64,000 bases of DNA from an uncultured Parasphingopyxis sp. (GTDB lineage: Bacteria > Pseudomonadota > Alphaproteobacteria > Sphingomonadales > Sphingomonadaceae), in assembly GCA_947259005.1 (NCBI GenBank), contig CAMYKP010000012.1:26384-90383 (forward strand), read 5' to 3'. The translations under genes and the position numbers were made by a program. This document shows, piece after piece, positions 58,776 through 64,000 of the stretch; positions within the stretch are counted from its first letter, which is position 1; each line of letters begins with the position of its first letter. The notes under the pieces were generated by a model, which worked only from the letters and a program-made list of their open reading frames with translations, was not told the origin of the DNA and did not search any database.

Positions 58776-59935
58776 CAGGATGCTCCCTGCGCAGCGGTAC
58801 GCAGACCGGCAGGCTGGCCAGCCGGCATCGCCTCTCCGCCCAGTCCCTGTCCAAGCCGTTCGACAAGATCGGCAAGATCGCGTGTAGCGTTCGGGTAGCC
58901 AGCATTGCGCGCGCGCCCTGCGGCATTCATCAGCGCTTCCGGTTCAAGGCCGAGCTTCTGCATCTGCTTGGCAAGTTCGGCAGGCGTGAAATGGCTCTGC
59001 TTGATCACCCTTGCACCCCCACTGGCTTCCATCTCGCGCGCATTGGCAGTCTGGTGATCGTCGGTGGCGATCGGCAATGGAACGAGGATTGCCGGGCGCC
59101 CCGCCGTGGTGAGTTCGGCAATTGTCGAAGCGCCCGCACGGGCAATTACGATGTGCGCCCAGCCAAGCCGCTCGGGCAGGTCCGGCAGATAGGTTGCAAG
59201 GTCAGCGGGAATAGCAAGATCGGCATAGCGATCGCGCACCCGTTCGATATCTTCCTCGCGGCATTGCTGGGTAACCTGCATCCGGCGACGGAAGGATAGC
59301 GGAAGCAGCGCTAGACCATCGGGCACGACATTGGAAAGGATGCTTGCGCCCTGGCTACCGCCAGTCACGAGCACCCGGAATATCCCGTCTTCGCTGAGCG
59401 CCGGGAAAGGTTGGGAGCGCAGGACTGCAACCTCTTCGCGAACCGGATTGCCGATAAGGTGCGTCTTGGCGAGATATTTGTCCTTGAGGCGGCCGACCTG
59501 CTTGTATGCGGCGGCAATCGCATCGACCCGTCCGGCCAGCAGGCGGTTAACGCGGCCAAGCACGGCATTCTGCTCATGGATTGCGCAGGGAATGTCGTCG
59601 GCCAACGCACCGAGCAGAGCGGGTAGCGCCGGATAACCGCCAAAGCCGATTACCGCTTCGGGACTGAAGCTTTCATAGAGCCGCCGGGCCATAGCGCGAC
59701 CGCGCCAGATATTCTTCGCAGCGGCCAACCAGCCCAGCGGGTTTTTCGTAACGCGCCCGGCAGGCAAGATATGTTTTTCATCGCCCTCGAACGTGCCCGG
59801 GATCGCCGCGCCGCGCTCGTCGGTGATCAGCGCGACATAATGACCGCGCTTCTTGAGCTCGGTCGCCAGCGCAAATGCCGGGATGATATGTCCGCCGGTG
59901 CCGCCGGCCGCGAGAACGAAATGCCGCTTGCCCAT
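58775..59935 (-). CDS. murG: Lipid II GlcNAc transferase
   Basis: GGTGGH, HEQN, GNPVR, GGSQGA, RAGAST. Confidence 0.97.
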   Translation of the reverse strand: MGKRHFVLAAGGTGGHIIPAFALATELKKRGHYVALITDERGAAIPGTFEGDEKHILPAGRVTKNPLGWLAAAKNIWRGRAMARRLYESFSPEAVIGFGGYPALPALLGALADDIPCAIHEQNAVLGRVNRLLAGRVDAIAAAYKQVGRLKDKYLAKTHLIGNPVREEVAVLRSQPFPALSEDGIFRVLVTGGSQGASILSNVVPDGLALLPLSFRRRMQVTQQCREEDIERVRDRYADLAIPADLATYLPDLPERLGWAHIVIARAGASTIAELTTAGRPAILVPLPIATDDHQTANAREMEASGGARVIKQSHFTPAELAKQMQKLGLEPEALMNAAGRARNAGYPNATRDLADLVERLGQGLGGEAMPAGQPAGLRTAAQGAS

Positions 59936-61143
59936 TACAACCTCTTGTCCAGCGCGGGGAGATGCGGGTTGCGCCGCGTAAAGGCGAGCAGCAGGCCGAA
60001 GCCGATCGAGAGCGCGATAATCGACGATCCGCCATAGGAGATAAAGGGCAATGTCATGCCCTTGGAAGGTGCCATATCCAGATTGACTGCCATGTTAATG
60101 AGTGCCTGGATGGCAAACTGGGTAGCAAGCCCGGCGGCTGCAAGAACATAGAAGATATTCTCTTCATTGATCAGCTTCACAAACACCCGCACCACGATCG
60201 CACCGAATATCAGGGCAATGGCAAAACAGGCGACCAGGCCGAACTCCTCGCCGATCACCGAGAAGATATAATCGGTATGCGGTTCGGGCAGGCGGTATTT
60301 CATCTCGCCGTCGCCCGGGCCGGTGCCGAAGAAACCACCGTTGGTGAGCGTGCGCATCGCATTGTCGACCTGATAGCTGTCGCCATCGGCAAAGAGGAAG
60401 TTGTTGATGCGCGTCGTCGCGACCGGATAGAAGAAATACGCAGCCGCAAGGCCGCCGACACCCAGCGCGGAGAGGCCGCCAAGCAGCTTTGTCGACACGC
60501 CCGAAATCATCAGCATCACGATCCACACCGATCCGAAGATCACCGTCTGGCCAAAATCGGGCTGACGCATCAGCAGGATTGCGATGATGCCTGTCACGAT
60601 AGCGGTGGCGGGAACGACGGGCAGCGTATGATCCTGCGTCACGCGGAGCGACAACAGCCAGGCGATTGCCACGATGAAGAAGGGCTTGAGAAACTCGGAC
60701 GGCTGTAGCGTAGCCATGCCGTAACCGATCCAGCGCCGTGCGCCGTTCACTTCATTGCCAAGTAACGGAACGAAGACCAGCAGGACGAAAAAGCAGACTG
60801 CACCGGCAAGGGCGAAGCGTTTGGCGAGTTCCTTGGGCATGGTGGAGATGACAAGCATGACCGGCACGCCGATGCTGAACCAGATAAGCTGGCGGTAGAA
60901 ATAATGGAGCTGCTGGAACTGGAAGCTGTCCCCCGAATAACGCTCGGCTGCGGCGGGAGAAGCCGCTGCGACCGCGATCAGGCCAATCGAAATCAGGATC
61001 GTGACCAGCAACAGCAGGACGCGGTCGATTTCCCAGAACCATTCGCTGAGTGGCCCTTGATGCGACCGGCCGATATAGTCACCAAAGGGTTTGCGCTGGG
61101 CCTTGGCGATGGTGGCTTTTACAACAGTGGCTTCCATGTTCAT
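59935..61143 (-). CDS. ftsW: SEDS peptidoglycan polymerase FtsW
   Basis: GARRW, QPSEFLK, QPDFG, HTDYIF, SYGGSS. Confidence 0.96.
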   Translation of the reverse strand: MNMEATVVKATIAKAQRKPFGDYIGRSHQGPLSEWFWEIDRVLLLLVTILISIGLIAVAAASPAAAERYSGDSFQFQQLHYFYRQLIWFSIGVPVMLVISTMPKELAKRFALAGAVCFFVLLVFVPLLGNEVNGARRWIGYGMATLQPSEFLKPFFIVAIAWLLSLRVTQDHTLPVVPATAIVTGIIAILLMRQPDFGQTVIFGSVWIVMLMISGVSTKLLGGLSALGVGGLAAAYFFYPVATTRINNFLFADGDSYQVDNAMRTLTNGGFFGTGPGDGEMKYRLPEPHTDYIFSVIGEEFGLVACFAIALIFGAIVVRVFVKLINEENIFYVLAAAGLATQFAIQALINMAVNLDMAPSKGMTLPFISYGGSSIIALSIGFGLLLAFTRRNPHLPALDKRL

Positions 61144-62417
61144 GACAGCCCCCCCACTGCGGCGCGGAAATCATCGCCGCGTTCCTCAAAATCGCGATAT
61201 TGGTCAAAGGATGCGCAAGCAGGCGACAGCAGGACCGTCTCACCGGGCCGCGCGGCTTGCGCTGCGATCTGCACCGCCTTTCGTATCGTCCCGCAATTGC
61301 TGACCGGCATCCACGGCTTGAGCAGCTGTTCGAACATGTCTGCCGTCTCGCCGATCGTATAGGCTGCGCGCACATGACCGAAATAGGGTTCGCATGCATC
61401 AAGATCGTCCGCCTTGGCGCGGCCGCCCAAAATCCAGTGAACGGCCGGATAGGCGGCCAGCGCAGGCGCGGTTGATGTCGGGTTGGTTGCCTTGCTGTCA
61501 TTGACGAACAGGATACCGTTCCGGTCTCCAACCCGCTCCATTCGGTGGGGCAGCCCCGGAAATGTCCGCAACGCTTCTTCGATTGCCTCTTCGCCGATAC
61601 CAAGGCGGCGCGCTGCGCTCATCGCGGCGATGGCATTTTGCGCATTATGGGAGCCTTGCAAGGCTGGCCAGTTTGACTGATCCATACAAGTCCCGGCTGA
61701 AATCTGGATGACGGCACCCTTGGCCCCGGCGGCAATCGCCTGGCTCGGTTCGTCGTCTATCGCGATGATCTTCACATGATCGTCTGACTGCATTGCAAAC
61801 AGACGGGCCTTGGAGGCGGCATAGGCTTCGAAATCGTCGTACCGATCGAGATGGTCGGGCGTGATGTTGAGCAGGATCGCGACATCGCAATCGAGGCTCT
61901 GCGTCAGATCGATCTGGAAGGACGAGAGTTCGAGCACATAGACACCGCCTTCCGGCAGTTCCTGCTCGCCAAGGATCGGCTTGCCGATATTGCCGCCGAG
62001 CCGTGTGGGAATTCCAGCGGTCTTGACGATATGATGGATCAGCGTCGCGGTTGTCGATTTGCCGTTTGTGCCCGTGATCCCGACCACCTTGTGCGGTGGC
62101 AGTTCGGCCCTCGCCTGGGCGAAGAGTTCGATATCGCCGATCAGCGGCGTTTCGGCCTCGCGCGCCTTTTGCGCAATTGGATGCCGGTTGATCGGAACGC
62201 CGGGCGACACAACGACGCCGTCATATTTTGCAAGATCAAGTTCGAGCGGATCGCGCAGCGTCGCCTTGTCCTGAACCAGCGCGCGGGCTTCCTCGCGGTC
62301 GTCCCAGGCTGTCACGCTGGCGCTCGAATTCCACAGATAGTCGACGACCGAAATCCCGGTCCGCGCGAGACCGAGCACCGCATAGCGTTTACCGGCAAAG
62401 GCGCGGGCTGGTTTCAT
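61140..62417 (-). CDS. murD: UDP-MurNAc-L-Ala--D-glutamate ligase
   Basis: [38 protein letters not shown]. Confidence 0.96.
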   Translation of the reverse strand: MKPARAFAGKRYAVLGLARTGISVVDYLWNSSASVTAWDDREEARALVQDKATLRDPLELDLAKYDGVVVSPGVPINRHPIAQKAREAETPLIGDIELFAQARAELPPHKVVGITGTNGKSTTATLIHHIVKTAGIPTRLGGNIGKPILGEQELPEGGVYVLELSSFQIDLTQSLDCDVAILLNITPDHLDRYDDFEAYAASKARLFAMQSDDHVKIIAIDDEPSQAIAAGAKGAVIQISAGTCMDQSNWPALQGSHNAQNAIAAMSAARRLGIGEEAIEEALRTFPGLPHRMERVGDRNGILFVNDSKATNPTSTAPALAAYPAVHWILGGRAKADDLDACEPYFGHVRAAYTIGETADMFEQLLKPWMPVSNCGTIRKAVQIAAQAARPGETVLLSPACASFDQYRDFEERGDDFRAAVGGLS

Positions 62418-63484
62418 CTGAGCTTCAACGTCGACAGGCCGGCCAGTGCCAGCACGAAGGAAATGATCCAGAAGCGGATGACGACGGTCGGTTCGGACCA
62501 GCCCATCTGCTCGAAATGGTGGTGGATCGGCGCCATCTTGAAGACGCGCCTGCCGGTCCGCTTGTAGAAGAACACCTGGATGATGACGGAAAGCGCTTCG
62601 AGGAAAAACAGGCCGCCAACAATGCCGAGAACCGCCTCATGATGCGCGGTGACGGCGATGGCACCAAGCGCACCGCCCAGTGCCAGGCTTCCGGTATCGC
62701 CCATGAACACCGCCGCCGGCGGCGCGTTGAACCAGAGAAAGGCGAGCCCCGCACCGACAATTGCCGCGCAGATCAGCGCGAGGTCGCCCGCCCCGGCGAC
62801 ATAGGGAATGCCGAGATAGGTCGCATAGTCCTCGCGCCCGACCAGGTAGATGATCATCATGAAGGCGACCGAAGCGATGATAACCGGCATGGTCGCGAGA
62901 CCATCGAGCCCATCGGTGAGGTTTACCGCATTGCCGGTGAAAACGATCACCAGCATGGCGAAGACATAATAGGCATAACCAATGTCGCCGACCGGCCCGT
63001 TGAAAAAAGGCAGATAGAGGTCGGTTCCCGTCTCGCCGAGAATGATCCAGCAGGCGATACCCGCCACCGCAAATTCGGCAACCAGCCGCACCTTGCCCGA
63101 AATCCCGGCATGGTGCCGCTTGGTGACCTTGTCGTAATCGTCGAGGAAACCGATCAGCCCGAAGCCCAGTGTCACGAACAAACAGGCCCAGACGAGCTTG
63201 TTGGAAAGATCCATCCAGAGCAGCAGCGAAACCGTCAGCGACACGAGGATCATTAGCCCGCCCATGGTCGGCGTGCCGGCCTTTTTCATATGGGTGATCG
63301 GCCCGTCTTCGCGAATGGGTTGCCCTTTGCCCTGCTTAATTCGCAACCAGCCGATGAACCGTGGGCCGATCAACAGGCCGATCAGCAGCGCCGTCGTCGT
63401 GGCCCCGCCGGCACGAAAGCTCAGATAGCGAAACAGGTTGAACGGACCCGCATAGTCGAAATAGCTGGCGATCAGGTCGAGCAT
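62414..63484 (-). CDS. mraY: Phospho-MurNAc-pentapeptide transferase
   Basis: [34 protein letters not shown]. Confidence 0.97.
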   Translation of the reverse strand: MLDLIASYFDYAGPFNLFRYLSFRAGGATTTALLIGLLIGPRFIGWLRIKQGKGQPIREDGPITHMKKAGTPTMGGLMILVSLTVSLLLWMDLSNKLVWACLFVTLGFGLIGFLDDYDKVTKRHHAGISGKVRLVAEFAVAGIACWIILGETGTDLYLPFFNGPVGDIGYAYYVFAMLVIVFTGNAVNLTDGLDGLATMPVIIASVAFMMIIYLVGREDYATYLGIPYVAGAGDLALICAAIVGAGLAFLWFNAPPAAVFMGDTGSLALGGALGAIAVTAHHEAVLGIVGGLFFLEALSVIIQVFFYKRTGRRVFKMAPIHHHFEQMGWSEPTVVIRFWIISFVLALAGLSTLKLR

Positions 63485-64000
63485 AGTGTCTTTCCGCTGG
63501 CCAGCGCCTCCACGAGGCGGGCCAGTCCCAAATAGTTGCTTCCCTTGACGAGCACGGCGTCTCCGGCGCGAATCTCGCCTTCGAGAGTCGCCAGCGCCGC
63601 CGCGGCGTCGGGCACATGAACCAAGTCGATTGTGTTGCCAAGCGTGTCTGCCAACACCTTCATCGGCTCGCCGACCAGCACGACCAGATCGACCCGGGCG
63701 TCGGTAATCGGACCGGCGAGCCCTGCGTGAAAGGTTTCGGATTTATCGCCAAGCTCACCCATGGCTCCGAGCACGGCGATGCGGCGCTCCACAGGTTCGT
63801 CACCCAGCGTTTTGAGCGCAGCGCCCATGGACGCCGGATTGGCATTATAGCTTTCATCAATCAGCAGCGCTTCGCCATTGTCGAACGGGATCGCTAAACG
63901 GGCGCCGCGCCCCGGCAGGCCAGCCATTTCGGCAAGCGCAAGTCCAGCAGCGGCCAGATCTCCGCCAACCGCCTCGACCGCGCCGATTACGGTGAGCGCA
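63472..64000 (-). CDS. murF: UDP-MurNAc-tripeptide--D-Ala-D-Ala ligase, C-terminal part (start outside the window)
   Basis: [21 protein letters not shown]. Confidence 0.93.
   Translation of the reverse strand, partial: ALTVIGAVEAVGGDLAAAGLALAEMAGLPGRGARLAIPFDNGEALLIDESYNANPASMGAALKTLGDEPVERRIAVLGAMGELGDKSETFHAGLAGPITDARVDLVVLVGEPMKVLADTLGNTIDLVHVPDAAAALATLEGEIRAGDAVLVKGSNYLGLARLVEALASGKTLCST

Overview
GC-rich alphaproteobacterial chromosome segment, very probably Sphingomonadales (judged from the spt cluster, the PhyR-NepR-EcfG locus and the dgt-argS-nagZ-scpAB-tat order). Left to right: the N-terminus of an alginate-export-family porin that the ORF track missed, preceded by an FNR-type box; a ~650-bp decayed integrative element at tRNA-Ser(CGA); hspQ; a storage-lipid neighbourhood (alpha/beta hydrolase, WS/DGAT, crotonase, class-II-like phaC-phaZ) that also holds ycaQ and a frameshifted GNAT; rplU-rpmA-obgE-proB; a ~13-kb sphingolipid locus (cerR-acp-spt, hybrid kinase, DUF2141-ceramide kinase-cytidylyltransferase, lptF-lptG-flippase, hydroxylase-ceramide synthase); xth, erpA, an M23 peptidase, DUF455, bcp, glnE; a general-stress-response locus with a second NepR-like gene and an unannotated EcfG-promoter sRNA; a PLD gene, tatCBA, scpBA, nagZ, ftsN-like SPOR, argS; an inserted orphan encapsulated-ferritin pair behind a 3x23-bp repeat; dgt; a TPR/poly-Pro/SPOR gene; and the dcw cluster from ftsZ to murF. 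Best candidates for new biology: the sphingolipid flipping/export module, the orphan EncFtn cassette, the extra GSR components and the mini integrative element. All family calls come from motif recognition by eye; no searches were run.
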